From NCBI RefSeq assembly GCF_009834535.1, contig NC_045697.1:66404001-66468000 (forward strand): a stretch of DNA of 64,000 bases, in the 5' to 3' direction. Shown here one piece after another: positions 38,225 to 51,840 of this stretch. Below the pieces are notes generated by a model. The model saw only the letters and a list, made by a program, of their open reading frames with translations, made no database searches and was not told the DNA's origin. This DNA is from Camelus ferus (taxonomy: Eukaryota). Position 1 is the stretch's first letter. Every line of letters starts with the position of its first letter. A program made the translations under genes and the position numbers.

Positions 38225-38586
38225 TGTTATGGACTGAATTGTGTCCCAGTGAAATTCATACATTGAAATCCTAATCCCCAGGACCTCAGAATATGACTGT
38301 ATTTGGAGATAGAGCCTTCATGAGGTGAAATGAGGTCATTAGGGTGGGCCCTAATCCATTATGACTGGTTTCCATATAAGAAGAGATTAGGACACAGACA
38401 CACGCAGAGGGAATACCAGGTGGAGATGGCCATCTACAAGCCAAACAGATAGGCCTCAGAAGAAATTAACCCCAATGACACCTTGATCTTAGACTTCTAA
38501 CCTCCAAAATTGTGAAAAAGTTAATTCCTGTGGTTTAAGCCACCCTATCTGTGGTACTTTGTTAAGGCAGTTCTACCCAGCTAACA
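38225..38586 (+). mobile_element. MLT1A/B-like MaLR solo LTR
   Basis: tgttatggactgaattgtgtccc start; agggtgggccctaatcca; gtttaagccaccc..ctgtggtactttgtta end. Confidence 0.85.
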
Positions 38587-38814
38587 GTTACACTCTAGTG
38601 AAAAATACAGAGAAGCAAATCAACAGCCATGTCAATGTAAGTCTAATAGAAATACATCCAGAATCCTATTGGTGAAAGAGGAAAGGTGGGGATTATCTAG
38701 CTTTAACAACCAATTACTTTTATTTGAAAGAAATTGCAGGCAGTGAAGTTCAGTAGTGTACTTAGAAGATGGTACTTTTATACAATAAATATCTGTCAAA
38801 AACTTATAAAGTGT

Positions 38815-38940
38815 TGGCTAATGCTAAGGTGGTAATCATATTGCAATATATAAGTATATCAAACCAACACATCACATACCTTAAACTTACACAATGTTAT
38901 ATGTCAATTATATCCCAATTTTTAGAAAATACTTTAAAAA
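38815..38940 (+). mobile_element. Short L1 3' end
   Basis: accttaaacttacacaatgttatatgtcaattatat motif. Confidence 0.7.
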
Positions 38941-39249
38941 GAAAACTTAAGTGCAAGTTGCCATACTAGCACCATAGTATATAAATGTTAAACAACAGTC
39001 CCTGATTTCATGTACTTTATCATCTGATAAAGAAGCTAAAGACCTGGCACAGATAATCATAATGTAGTTGTGTAAGTGTCACAAGAGGTACATAGTTCCC
39101 TTACAGTAATATAAGTAATATATACGTATTGCCCATTTATCCATAGTAAGGAGTCCTGAATCATAGTACTTGGGAAAAGTCATGAGGTATCTGTAAGTAT
39201 CTAAATTATCACAGTTATAAAATTGAAAAATTAATCTTGCCTTAGGAAA

Positions 39250-40020
39250 ATTTTTAGTAATGGGAATTCATCTTGATGATTTCAATATTTATATATATGA
39301 TCTTTCTAATATCCAGGTCTCTCAGTTCCCTGACATCTTCTGCTTTAGTGATCCATGCTTCAGTCACCAATTTTCAGTCATATCCTAGACCTGGTCTTTA
39401 CTATTAACTACAGTTTCTCCATAACCTCATTTCTACACATCCCACTGTACTTCAAGAACCACCACCTATATTCCACTCTGTCGCTATTACCTCAACTCCA
39501 GCAATCCTTTGACCATCCCCTGGCCCCACCTAACAACCTTTAATTCATTGATCCAAATACCTTTTAACTGTCCCTCAGGTCCTAATAGCCTCACTTTCTT
39601 TTTTTCCAAAACCTGTCATTATAATCAATGATCACCCCCTTACATACACCCTTAGTTCCTTTGCCCATCTGTCATTTCATCGTATTCATTTAATTAAAGC
39701 ACTAGCCTGAATAAAATCAACTCTTAGTCATCTCTGTGCCCGCACCTGAGCAGATGGATATGGTTGGAGAGAAACCCACAACCATACTAACCAGTGTTTA
39801 AATTCATGACTATTAATCTCAAGTATGTTCTTAATAAAGTCATGACTATTAATCTCAACTATGTTCTTAATAGTGACAAAAGTCAGCTGTATTTCTCTAG
39901 TACATTTACTTCTGCACTCTCCCCAAAAGCCATTTCATATCTTCTCCTTTCTCCTTAAACCTCTAATACCTCTTCCCCATCCTCATGATCAGCTGATGAC
40001 CTTGACTCCTCTTTCACTCC
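39250..40020 (+). mobile_element. LINE-2 internal (ORF2-derived) fragment
   Basis: cctagacctggtctttact..., ggttggagagaaacccacaacca L2-like motifs; resumes at ~41790. Confidence 0.6.
39804..39872 (+). repeat. 36-bp tandem duplication (2 copies)
   Basis: tcatgactattaatctcaagtatgttcttaata at 39804 and tcatgactattaatctcaactatgttcttaata at 39840. Confidence 0.9.
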
Positions 40021-40029
40021 TTTATGTAG

Positions 40030-41275
40030 GAAAGGGAACAAAAAAGCTATGCAATACAGAGAAAACAAATAATAAAATAGCACTCATAAATCCTACCCAA
40101 TCAGTAATTACATTAAATGTAAATAAATTAAACACTCTAAAAGAAAAGGGCAGAGCAGATAAAAATCATGATATGACTATATGCTGCCTATAACAGATAT
40201 TTTAGATTATAAGACACAAATAGGTTGAAAGTAAAAGTATAGAAAAAAGATACATTGGATAAATATAACCAAAAGAAAGCTGAAGTAACTATACTGATAT
40301 CAGATAAAATAGGTATAAAGAAAAAAGTTGTAATTTGAGACAAAGAAGGACATTTTATAGTGATAAAGAGTTCAGTCTGTCAAGAAGGTAGAACAATTTA
40401 TAAACATGTTTTCATCTAACAACAGAGCCCCAAAATATGTGAAGCAAAAACTGGCAGAGTAGAAGGGAATAATACAGATAATTCAACAATAATAGTTGAA
40501 AATTTCAGTACGCCATTTTCAATAATTGATACAGTGACTGCCTAGAAAGTCAACAAGAATTAGAAGCCTTCCACAACACTATATACTAGGTAGATTTAAC
40601 AGACATCTGTAGAATATTCTATCTAGGAACAAGAGAATGAAAATATAAGTATATATATAAAAATATATATATGTATATATATATAATTTTTTTTCATCTT
40701 AAATGCACATGAAACGGTCTCCAGGACAGACCATGTATTAAGGCATAAAACAAGAGTCAATAAATGTAAAAAGATTGAGGTCATACAAAGTATGTACTCT
40801 GATCAGAATGGAATGAAATTAGAAATTGATAACAGAAAAAAATGTGGGAATTTCACAAATACATGGAAATTAAACAATACACACCTAAATAACCAGTGAG
40901 TCAGAGAAGACATCAAAAAAGGAAACTAGAAAATACTTTGAAATGAATGAAAATAAAAACATACCAAAACGTATTAAATGCAGCTAAAGCAGTGCTTAGA
41001 GGGGATTTATAGCTACAAACATCTAGATAAAGAAGAAGAAAGCTCTGAAACCAGTAACAGAATCTTTCATCATAAGACACTAGACAAAGAAGAGCAGACT
41101 AAACCTACAGCAAGCAGGAAAAAGGAAAGAATAAAGATTACAGTGGAAATTAATGAAATAGAGATTCTTTTTTCAGTAGAGAAAATCAGTGAAAACAAAA
41201 GTTGTTTCTTTGAAAAGATCAACACAATTGACAAATGCTTAATTTAACTACCAAGAAAACAAAGACTCAAATGAC
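40030..41275 (+). mobile_element. Degenerate L1 ORF2 5' (endonuclease region) fragment
   Basis: Translations SVITLNVNKLN...TICCL and KISENKSCFFEKINTIDK match the L1 ORF2 N-terminus; many stops/frameshifts. Confidence 0.9.
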
Positions 41276-41284
41276 TAGTTTCTA

Positions 41285-41785
41285 TGCGTTATGAGTCTGG
41301 CCATGGGTTAGTTGAGTCCTTGCTCAGAATCTCACCAGGCTGAATTCATGGTGTCATCTGGAGATCAGGGTCCTCTTCCAGGTTCATTTAGGTTATTGAC
41401 CAAATTTAGTTCCTCACAGCTGTGTCTGAGGCCCTCAGCCAGCTCCCAGAGTCCACCCCATCCTTCAGTAGTTCACAGTATGACTGCTTTCTTCCTCAGG
41501 ACCAGCAGGAGAGCATCTGCTGTTGCTTTTTGCCTATTTTAAGGACTTACCTAGTTAGGCCAGGGCCAACCTAGGATAATATCTCTGAATTAACTCAGTG
41601 TCAACAGATTAAGGAGCTCAGTTACCTCTGTATTATCCTCTTACCATATAAAGTAATCTAATCCCAGGAGTGATATTCCATCATATTCACAGGTCCCACC
41701 CGTACCTCAGGGCGGCGAATTATACAAGCCTCGTACACCAAAGGGTCGGTATCTTGGGGGCTGTATTAGAATTATACCTTCCATG
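41285..41785 (-). mobile_element. MLT1E/F-like MaLR LTR
   Basis: ctcaccaggctgaa..., atctaatcccaggagtgatattccatcatattcacaggtccc motif. Confidence 0.65.
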
Positions 41786-41789
41786 CGGC

Positions 41790-42500
41790 CTTTCCCAGTC
41801 TTCTTCCCTTTCTAGGTTAGGTGTTAGCTTTGTTCTCACAGTTGCTCAGACCTCCTGTGATCTATCAGCACATCCTTTTGGCTTTGAGTTCTAAATACAT
41901 CCACAATCTAAACACTTCTCTTTCTGCTACCGTCCTGATCCACATCACTGTCATTCTTGGGATAATATAGTTGTTTTTTTAACTAATATTTCTGCTTTGG
42001 CCCTTGCCCTATACCTGTGTGTTATCAACACAGTGGCTAGAGTAATTCTGAGAAATCACAAATCAGATCGTGTCACTCCTTTGCTTGAAACCCGGTAATG
42101 GCTCTGCTTTTGGTAGAAGCCAGAATCCTCCTAATGGCCTAAAGCCCTATACAGTCACCCCCACCTCATTATCTCGCCGTCCTTATTACTTGCCAGTTTC
42201 CCCCTTGTTTCTTCTACTCCAGACACACTGGCCTTGCTGTTTCTCAGACACCCTGGACTCCTTCATCAGGCCCCTTGCATTTGCTGCTTCCTTTGCTTGG
42301 ATTTTCTTCCTCTAGATATTTGCATAGTTCCCCTTCACCTTCTTCTGGTCCTTCCTTCTTTATCTTATTTGTTGTCTCTATCCCCATCCTAGAATGTCAG
42401 TTCCATGTGAGCAGGGGTTTTTCCCGGCATTGTTTCCTGACAACTTCCTTGCTCCTGGAAGAGTACCTGCCACATATCACTGACCAGCTGATGAATTAAC
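41790..42500 (+). mobile_element. LINE-2 3' portion
   Basis: aaatcagatcgtgtcactcctttgctt..., ctagaatgtcagttccatgtgagcaggg. Confidence 0.7.
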
Positions 42501-44224
42501 TTTTTAAAAACATTTGGAAGAATGTGTGATAGTAGTCTTGCCAAGATGAAATTATAGCCTACTTATTTGTCTTATTATATAAAATCACATTTCTCTTGCT
42601 TTTCCAGTTTTATAATAATTTTAGTATAAAGCATGGACTGTAATTGTCTCTAATAAACTTCTATAAATTATCAATTTATATTACCTTTTTTAGAACTTGT
42701 TCTTTTTGTTCACTATTATGTTTGGGCTCATTTTACGTGTGCATTTGTTCTTGAGGAATAAATCATTTATGTCTTTAAAATAAAAAGCGATGGTTGGCCT
42801 CATAACCTTTTAAATGCAGTATTTTAAAGGGCTGCGAATTGAAATTATACACAATGAAAGTAGAACTATATTTTTTTATGTTCTAAACTGGAAAGTTTTG
42901 GGCGTAATCTGCTGGAAATGAAGAATTAAGGACATCAAAAATATGGTATTTCTGAATTTTCTGAATGATTGTTAATATTTCTGATTTTGACCTTTATAAA
43001 TCTTAAATCTTTGTCACTGTGTGTTTCCTTCTCCTTTACTTTCTTCTCTTCCTGCGTGTGTCTGTGTATATATTTGTGATCTTCTGTTTCACTCTATTCT
43101 TCTGGCTATATTGTATTTAGACTCCTCAGGCTAAGCCTTTCCTAAAAGTTGACCATAATGAAAAACTGGCTAATACATTTTTGTTATTTATTATATCTAG
43201 TTTATTAGAATACCAGCTTTCATATTTATTTTGAGCATGTTATTGTTTATGTGACTTTGTTTTTAACTTTTGTTGATTAACTTCTTTTGATTGTTTTTAG
43301 TTTCCTTTTGTTTTTAACTTCTATTGATGCAGTAACTTTTGGTTGAATAAAAATTTTTGATCTGTAGTGGCTGAGCCTTGGAGGATTCCAGCTTCACAGT
43401 TCATCATCCTCATAATCTCAGAGAAGTTGGCTAACTTCTCCGCTGTTTTCTTCATCTGTTTGTAGAGTTCATTTCTATCACCGAGGGTTATTGTAAGAAT
43501 TAAATAACAAAAGGAGGCAAGAAGTAAGCATTTGATTCTGAAGCGAAATCCCTCTTAACCTGTGCCTGTTGAAATTTGCATTTCCTTTTACCTTTCTGAA
43601 TAAGCTTTTCTTTTGCTCTGAATTCTTTCCTTAGCATCCTTCGCTTGCTTTCCTTCCAATTTTTTTGTTTTCTTTTTGGCATAAATGTCATGGAAGGTGG
43701 ACAGGGTAAAAGGTTTCATGCTGTGGCTCTTCTGTCTCAGCCAGTCAGGGCTTCAGCTCTGGCCCCCGCCCTTCCCTTGTCAGTCAGCAGGTATTTAGTG
43801 AGGGAGGCTCAAGGGGCGCGGGGCCCTCAGAGGGGCAGCCAGCCGACAGCCAAGGGCGTCACTCCTCTGTGCAGTTACCCGAGCCTGTTGTTCACTTCAC
43901 GGACCGAAACCCAGTCCTACCAGGAACAAGAAGAGCTTCTTCAGTGTTAATCCTGTATTAACGAATTTGTTTTAATTAGTCCCTTGCCGACACAGAAGAG
44001 AGTACTTTGTTGTAGCTAAGAGATTTTATTGTTTCATCTATAGACACTACTTCAAGGGCATGGATGTGGAAGATGCTCTTTCAGCTCAGCAAGGAATATC
44101 AGGTTGTGCAGAAGCCCAGGTCATTGTCACCTCACTTTGTAAAGATGCAGAGGGAGTTTCTTTACTGTCATTAAGATCTTTCATTATTCAACTTTGATAA
44201 AGAAACTAAGTAAATATCTGAAAA

Positions 44225-44300
44225 TTTCTTTCTTTTCTTTCCTTTCCCTTCCTTTTCTTATCTTTCCTTTCCCCTTTCCTTTCCTTTCCTTTCCTTTCTT
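44225..44300 (+). repeat. Degenerate (TTTCC)n low-complexity tract
   Basis: Seen directly. Confidence 0.8.
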
Positions 44301-47031
44301 ACTCTATTCCAGAAAGCTTTCAAAAAGACTTTTAAGAATACATGAAATATATGAAAACCTTTTAATTACAAAAAGGAGAAAAAGAAGGATGAAAATCATG
44401 GGTGGGACTATTAAAAATGAAGACTGGAGAAAATTTTGTCATTGAGACTGGATGATAATGACATACGTACTTGCTGTGGTTAGACTGGATTTGGCTTTAA
44501 GCCTTTTAGCAGTCTGCAAAAAAAAAAAAAAAGAAAGAAAAGAAAATGTTTTAAATTACAGTGAGATAATAAAAAGAATAAATCTCTTGCTCAGAAGAAG
44601 CAAAACCATTCTTGTTACAAAAACCTGAAAGGAGTTTCTCCTGAGAATCCATGTCATAACGGCCCTGTGTGATCTGACAGAGGCGCTCTCAGCAGCACCT
44701 TGCAGGAGACTCGGGGATTTTGTGGAGCTGTTGTCCGTGCAAACTGATGGTGTCACCCTTAGCACCGGTCAGTCTGTGGATTGGTCAGACCCAGTCTGCT
44801 CTGATTCCGGGTTCTCTGCTGGTCAAAGTTGATCTCAACACTTATTTTAGAAAAGTCTAGACAATGGATTATATGTTCCTTAGTCAGCTGTTCTTAAACA
44901 TCTTTTTTTTTTTTCTCAGATGAACTTTGTTAAATATTTGGTAGCACTGATAGACAAGTTTCAAGAGGAAAACTCTTCCTTCCAAGTACATGCTAATACT
45001 TAGGCTTGAACAGGATGCAGAATTTGAGGTTAGATTGGCTTCTTTTCCAAACTGAGTCATCAAATACGGATGCTGGTCTCAAGGGGCCATCCAGCCTTCT
45101 GGACGAGCTGAAGATGTGCCCTAATAAATTTACCCTCGGAGACTGGTTTGAATCTACTTTAATGTCCAGACCAATGGTAGCATAAAACCCTACAATTCTG
45201 TGTTATGGTTGCAGTAAGTTTACCCTGGTAGACTTTTCAAGCACACATCACAAAGACATCCACCTGGTGGAAAAGCTCAGTGCATTCATAAAACTTTGTC
45301 TAGCTTTGAGCATTATATGATTCCTTGGTTTATTTCTGAGGATAAACTGCTTACCAAATACATACTGAGAAAATGAAGTGAGGTGTTAAGTAGGACTGTC
45401 ATTTATAAACCAGTTAAAAATTGAGGGACAGCCTACCAAAAGTAACATATTTGGTTATAGAATAAGTGATCTGTAGCACTTTTTTTTTCTGACAGGAAAT
45501 AGTTAACAAAGGCATTCCTTGTTAGTAGTGACAAAAATAGTATCCTAAAGTTTAAAAAAATAATAATAATAAATTACTTGTCTCCAAAGCTAAGAGCTGC
45601 ATGCACTAGCTTATATAAAATGGCACCATATTAATAAGAAACAAATTAATAAAAAATGGGGCTAGGAGATATCCCCTTCTGCCCCCAGAACACATTTTAA
45701 TCATTCTTCAAGAGCCTTACTACTTTCTTGACTCCTACAGAATTAGGTGCTGGTTCTGAATAAACATTAATGTATTTGTGAAGAATTCCCCAATGGGAAC
45801 GAAGATTTACGTTATTGTCAAAGGCTAAAAACTTTCAACTATGTCATGCTCATTACGGTGACCTTTTCCCATTAATAATCTTCCTAAAGGCCAGGTATCT
45901 TGTGCTTACTAAGAATTAATTAGGATGATAATTGATGGTAATGAGATCAGAGGCAAAATATCAGTTGACTAAGGCAGTATACTATAAATCAGGAAATTCA
46001 GCTTCTGGCCTTCATTCAATCAGTGATTTTATGATACATGTCATATCTTTTGAACATTCTGTATCTCAGCTTCTCCATCTGCTAAACTGTTCATAATAAC
46101 TGCCCTGGTCTATCTCACAGGAATGTCTCATGGACAAATTAGATAACTGTAAAAGTGCCTTGGAGGTAAAGCCACTCTGAATAAGAATTAGTGTGAGGTA
46201 GCTACTGAAAAGTATGTTGCAGAGGCTAGGGTGGTTAATCTCCCCAGGCCTCATGACTAGATAAAGCTTCTTAATGGATTCCTGTCAAGCAAACCAAACC
46301 CACCTTATCAGTTCCTGGCTGTATAGTATTTAATGGAAAAAAATCTCCTTTACAGACATTTCTTACCTTGATACAAATGTACGTTAAAAATCAGTCATGT
46401 TTGAATTAAATAAAACCTTTCTAAGTTGCTTCAAATAATCTCTAATACCCAGTTTATAATTTCTGTAGTCATTTTAGAGGGTAAGGATTTGCTATGTTTA
46501 ATAAAGTTGAGAAGTACTATATGAAATAATATATGGGGGAGAGAAATTGACTCATGCTTTCTCAGGTAATACTTATTACTGTTTTTAAGACTGACATTAC
46601 CAAATTGAGACTTTTTTTTCTTTTGTTTATTTTATAGAAATGTCAAACTCATTTCTGCCTAAACCTTTTATTTTTTTCCTGGTTACTTCATAATCTGTCA
46701 CAGTTAACCTTCTCATTCTCAGTCATAATCATAACGCAGACAGACTCACTCACTGCAGCTCAAAATCATAACCACCAAATCCCTTGAAGACAGAAAAACA
46801 GGGGGCAGGGATGGCCTTTCCTGAAGAAATCCCTTCAGTGCTCTTACTCCTCTTCCCTGTTGTCTTCACTTCAATGTGCAAAGAGTTCCTATGTAAATTT
46901 ATAGCACCCAAGTGTTCAGTCCTTGAGAAGGAGAATTGAGCAAGTATTTAATTATTTGCATAAAGAGGTCCTATCCGGGCTAACTAGAAACTTTTATTCC
47001 TAACTCAACTTCATCTCTTTTCTTCCTGCAG

Positions 47032-47212
47032 GGGACCATTCCTAGTGGCACTGGGGAAATCTTGGCACCCAGAAGAATTTAACTGTGCTCACTGCAAAAA
47101 TACAATGGCCTACATTGGATTTGTAGAGGAACAGGGTGCCTTGTATTGTGAGCTCTGCTATGAGAAATTCTTTGCTCCTGAATGTGGTCGATGCCAAAGG
47201 AAGATCCTTGGA
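47032..47212 (+). CDS. PDLIM5: PDLIM5 exon (181 nt, phase 2/0): LIM1 and start of LIM2 ([21 protein letters not shown]...[22 protein letters not shown])
   Basis: cctgcag| acceptor, GGA|gtaagt donor; LIM Cys/His pattern; ORF 47045..47251. Confidence 0.98.
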
Positions 47213-48742
47213 GTAAGTACTGGAAACCTTTTCATTCTGAGTGAGTTTTAAAGCAGAACAGTTTTTTGGTATGAGACCCTTCCATCCTTTTTACTTTTTA
47301 TTTTCTTCTTGCTTGATCTCCTCTTTGCTTTCATCACTATTTATTTTTGTAAAGCAAAACTAAATAGGCCTCTGTAGGAGTATATCGGACTCATGGGGTT
47401 AAGTTGTCTTTGGTTTTGTCTTACTGAGTACTGGCTTGTCTGGTTAAAGTCTACCTACGCTGTGGGGAAAAAATAATTTACTGTGGGTGTGCTACCTCAA
47501 CAGGACCCTGTTTGCTCAGGAATGAAGAGGTCGCACAGGACCACACACGTTTGAGTTCTCAGAACCGACACCTTCCCTGTTTTAAATTAAATTCCATCGC
47601 TTTTATAAGAGCAGCATTTCCCCATTTGTCAGGGTTCAAGCACAGGGCACAGGTCTCGTGAAATATATAAAACATGAAGCTTATAAATGGTATATTTTTC
47701 TTGAATACATATAATGTTTAAAAATATAACCTCAGTTTTATGAGAGTATACATGTGATAGAAAAATAATCAAACCACCTTTTTTTTTTTTTTTTTACAAA
47801 AGGAGTAATTTAGCAGTCAGATACATAATAAATAATGATGAATGAATGAATGAATGTCCTACTCTGGAATACCCAATTTGCAGTTGTGAAGTAAGGTTAA
47901 GGCATTTCCTATGGGTGACCAGGAGTTAGAATTTTACTTTTAGAAGCAGCCAAGGTCCTGGACTCATAGAAAACTCAGACAACTCATACAAACTTTGGAA
48001 ATGACATTGCTGAGTTCTGTTTCAATATGAAAGTATAATAATGAAACTCTAATTCATATTAATTCAGAGAAGAGTTAGTATGAGTTATTGAGCAGTCTTA
48101 ATTTTAGAATACATCTTTAAATGGGCCTAAAATTTTGAGGACACTTAAAAATTATAAATATACTACATGGAATATGTCTGTATTATTAATTTATACAATA
48201 TGTGGAGAACAAAAGAGAAGAATGATTCAGGCTGTACCTTTCCAAATGACAAAGAATTAATAGGTAGAATACATTAATACTGTTTTAGTAGATAAATGTA
48301 TTCTGTGGATTCTAGAATAATTAATAAAACAAGGTCAGGTAAGAATCTAAGCACCAAATGAGGTTCTTGGAAATAGAAATCTTAAACTCGCTGCTACAGA
48401 CATGGGCCAGAACATCACTAAAGGGAGAGATTCTCTGGATTGTGTTTTAGTTGTCTGATAGCCTGCTGAAGAAGGAATAGTAATCTGTCTCCTGGATAGA
48501 GAGCTGACTATATCTAGAAGCCTTGGGAAATGATTTGGTTGAATGTATATTTCTTGTATGTGCTTATTGTGATCTCTTTGGGTCTAAATAACTGCCATTT
48601 CTTCCTCTTGTCTTTCATTAGTGAACTGTGGCATTTTCTATGGCTAATAATTTATTCTATATCCCTTTATTTTATTTTGACAGTGTTTTTAATTACAAAA
48701 AATATTTCACTCTTTAACAATTAGAAAATACAAAAATTAGAA

Positions 48743-48854
48743 GGGAGGGTATAGCTGAAGTGGTAGAGCCCATGCTTATCATGCATGAGGTCCTGGGTTC
48801 ATTCCCTAGTATTTCATTTAAAAATAAATTAAATAAACCCAATTACCCCCCTAA

Positions 48855-48894
<40 letters not shown>

Positions 48895-48900
48895 TTTTTT
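48743..48900 (+). mobile_element. Vic-1-like tRNA SINE with (TG)18 microsatellite in its tail (48856-48892)
   Basis: gggagggtatagctgaagtggtagag...gaggtcctgggttca; flanking direct repeat agaaaatacaaaaa (48723/48905). Confidence 0.85.
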
Positions 48901-49773
48901 TTAAAGAAAATACAAAAAATACAAAGAATAAAATTAAAATGACCTGTATGTTTACCAATTCCAGAGAGTTCCCGTTAACCTTAGTATGCGCTTTCTTCCA
49001 ATGTGCTTCTTATAAGTAATCCATTTATAAAATTGTAATTATGCTTTATGTATATGGCACCCTCTTTTTTGTGATAAATATTGTGGAAAAAGTAAATTCC
49101 TCTGTTATTACCTATTCTTCAAAAATGATTTTTAATGGCTGTATCTCCTCCTCTCAATTCAAAGAAATGATTCCTTGCAAACCACCTTCCCCAGACTTCT
49201 TTTACTACTTAAAATCTGGCCCAAGTCTTTGATACTTCGTACATGTAAAGCACAGGGCCACTGTTGACTAGAATCCATGCTTTATGGTTCAAATTTTAGA
49301 CACTCATTTGAATGTGTGCTTAGTACAGTCATAGCTGATTTCCAAAATCCTAAACATGTGTTAAACATGATTGGATTACACTGTTGCAGTTATTGCTTCC
49401 ATCATGCACCAAAGTATAGGTTTGTTTTAGTTTTTAAATGTTTTGCCCTTCCTCCCTGACATTTTCAAGATAATACTGTGAAACCTTTACAAGTTAATGT
49501 TTCCTGACACCCTTTGAGAGAAGACAGAATGTATTGTAGCAAGCACTTATAAAATGCTTTTATTCACTGCATGCATAATGTTTAACATAGTAAATCATTC
49601 TTTAAATAAGTTTGTTGGTTTATATTTGTGAAAAATGCATATTTTATATAGAGCATCAGTTTAGATGATTCGTGAATCTGTTCTTAAATATCTCTAGTTC
49701 CTTAGAGGAAAAGCTTAGGGAAAGACAAAGCATGTATGTCCACTTTGGGTCATTTTAAAAGGGCTGTATTGGT

Positions 49774-49930
49774 GGTGGGAGGGTGTAGCTCAGCGACAGA
49801 GTGCATGCTTGACATGCACGAGGTCCTCGGTTCAATTCCCAGTACTGCCAATAAATAAATAAATAAGTAAGTAAAACAAATAAACAAATGAATAAACCTG
49901 ATTACCTCCCTACCCAAAAAGTAAATAAGT
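49774..49930 (+). mobile_element. Vic-1-like tRNA SINE with 17-bp target-site duplication
   Basis: gggtgtagctcag...gcatgcttgacatgcacgaggtcctcggttcaattcccagtac; TSD aaaagggctgt(a/g)ttggt at 49757-49773 and 49931-49947. Confidence 0.9.
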
Positions 49931-50004
49931 AAAAGGGCTGTGTTGGTACAGTTAGTACAATAAGCGTTCATCTTTCTTTACATCCAATTACTTTTTTCTG
50001 ACAG

Positions 50005-50125
50005 GAAGTCATCAATGCTTTGAAACAAACTTGGCATGTTTCCTGTTTTGTGTGCGTGGCCTGTGGAAAACCTATTCGTAATAATGTTTTTCACTTGGAG
50101 GATGGTGAACCCTACTGTGAGACCG
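50005..50125 (+). CDS. PDLIM5: PDLIM5 exon (121 nt, phase 0/1): LIM2 ([40 protein letters not shown])
   Basis: acag| acceptor at 50004, CCG|gtaaga donor; LIM pattern. Confidence 0.98.
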
Positions 50126-51204
50126 GTAAGATCCTGAAGACATTAGTTTCTTAAGTTTTGAATGAAGATAAAACATTAATCCTTTTATTGCTATAAAGTT
50201 GAAAGGAAATACTAGGCAAAAGAGTTGTACTGATTGTTTTAGGACCCACTTAACATTACTCTAAATGTATAGCAAATGTGACTGTCAAAACAGATATTCC
50301 CCACTTCATTAAGAGAAGTGAGCACGTAAGCAATTACTTTGAGAACTATTTTTCTTGAATCACCAATAACTTATGGGTATTAATCCTACCAAATCGTGTA
50401 GCTTAAAGCCACCTCTTACACTCCACTAGTGAATTTTGAGTGGTTATAAACATGAGAAGTGTTCAGGTTTTGAATATGATACTGATGTGCTCTTTAAGGG
50501 AACTGCCTTGACAATAAATTGGAAATCCTTTGTTCCTTTTACTGAATGGGAAGGTAATCCTGGTTTAGTTTGCTCCCTTGGTGAAATTATTTTTAAAAAT
50601 CCAGGCTCTGAGGACCAGTCTACTACATTTATCCTATTACCTGAACTCTGAACACTTTCTTTTCCTTTCCAAAGGCTGTAAGTGAACTTTCATAACACTT
50701 ATTTATTATTACCCTTACCTAGATATTACTACCACACATGCATGTTTCAAAACATAAAATATTATTCCCTTATTGTGCATCCACTCAGTATCACTGCATT
50801 GCTACCATGGGCTTTATTGTTGTTCTACCTTGAAATTCAAAGGATGATGCTGGAAGAAGGGAGTATTCCACAGTGGTCAAGTTACAGCAGCAGTCCGCTT
50901 CTCATTTGAGGCTGGTCAGCATGACTTGACTCTTCTTTGCCCAATCTAATTAGTAAACCCTAACCGTTCTCCCCCAAGTGTGTATTGAACTCATGCTTGT
51001 CTCTCACCTCAGCTGTCACCACTAAATCCAATTCACTCTAACCCTTCACCTGGACATTGTCATTGCCAGCTAAAATGGTTTATCTTCTTTCTCCCAACCC
51101 TCAAATAGTTATGATAATATTTGTTTAAATATGAATCAGAATGTGCTTAATACCTTCATGGTTTGCATTAGAGTGAACACTATGCTTCTCACTAGAGCTG
51201 GCTT

Positions 51205-51458
51205 TGGGGCCCAATTCCTGGAAATCCTCACCCTTTCCCCAAAACAGTTGGAATAATCTTCCTACTTGTTAGCATATGAAACTACCCAGCCCATAAAAAC
51301 CAAAACCCCCGTACCCTGGGGCTGCCTGTCTTGCCTTCTGAGATGGGCCACACTCTGTCTGTGGAGGGTGTATCTCCCTGAGTAAATCTGCTTTCACTTT
51401 ATGCCTTGCTCTTAAATTCTTTCCTGCACGAGACAAGAAGCTATATTCTCCGGCAACA
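51205..51458 (+). mobile_element. ERV1-type LTR 3' portion
   Basis: TATA-like cataaaa, agtaaa poly(A) variant, aattctttcctgcacgagacaagaa motif and ...ggcaaca terminus. Confidence 0.65.
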
Positions 51459-51840
51459 CACTCGCCTTTGCAAAAAAGCCAAACTACTGACACCTGGTTA
51501 TGGTGAAGGCCAATGCAGTGTTTCTTATAAGGCACCAGATGAGGAGTCCAGAACAGCTAGTGCTCAAAAAGCCCAGATTCCCTGATGGGTTTCAGCAAAG
51601 CATTTTCAAAGGCAAAGTGAAGGAGGGGCGTCCCAAGGTCTGTGATAAGCTTGTGCACAGTTCTCTGATTGGTTGATGGCAAGGTAACAAGGCAGTGTCA
51701 CAGGGGTTGACGTTATCATTCCTTAGGCTCCAGGAGGCCTGGATGATCACAGTCATCAGGTAGTTAACATCTTCCATCTGGTGGGGGTTTTCGCATCTGT
51801 AAAACAACTCAAGAATGTGCATCAGATTCTATTATCTAGG
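51459..51840 (-). mobile_element. Second ERV-type LTR fragment, inverted relative to the first
   Basis: gatgggtttcagcaaagcattttcaaaggca and ttctctgattggttgatgg (reverse CCAAT) motifs. Confidence 0.6.

Noticed and set aside
39804..39872. 36-bp repeat with CRISPR-like length
   Set aside because: Only two adjacent copies, no spacer, inside a LINE-2 in mammalian DNA; a simple slippage duplication.
43700..43930. GC-rich patch with a GC box as an internal promoter or CpG island
   Set aside because: Only ~200 bp with few CpGs and no clear exon or donor; cannot be supported from sequence alone.
6464..49930. Inverted Vic-1 SINE pair as a driver of circular RNA
   Set aside because: The elements are short, diverged and over 40 kb apart; no sequence-level support.
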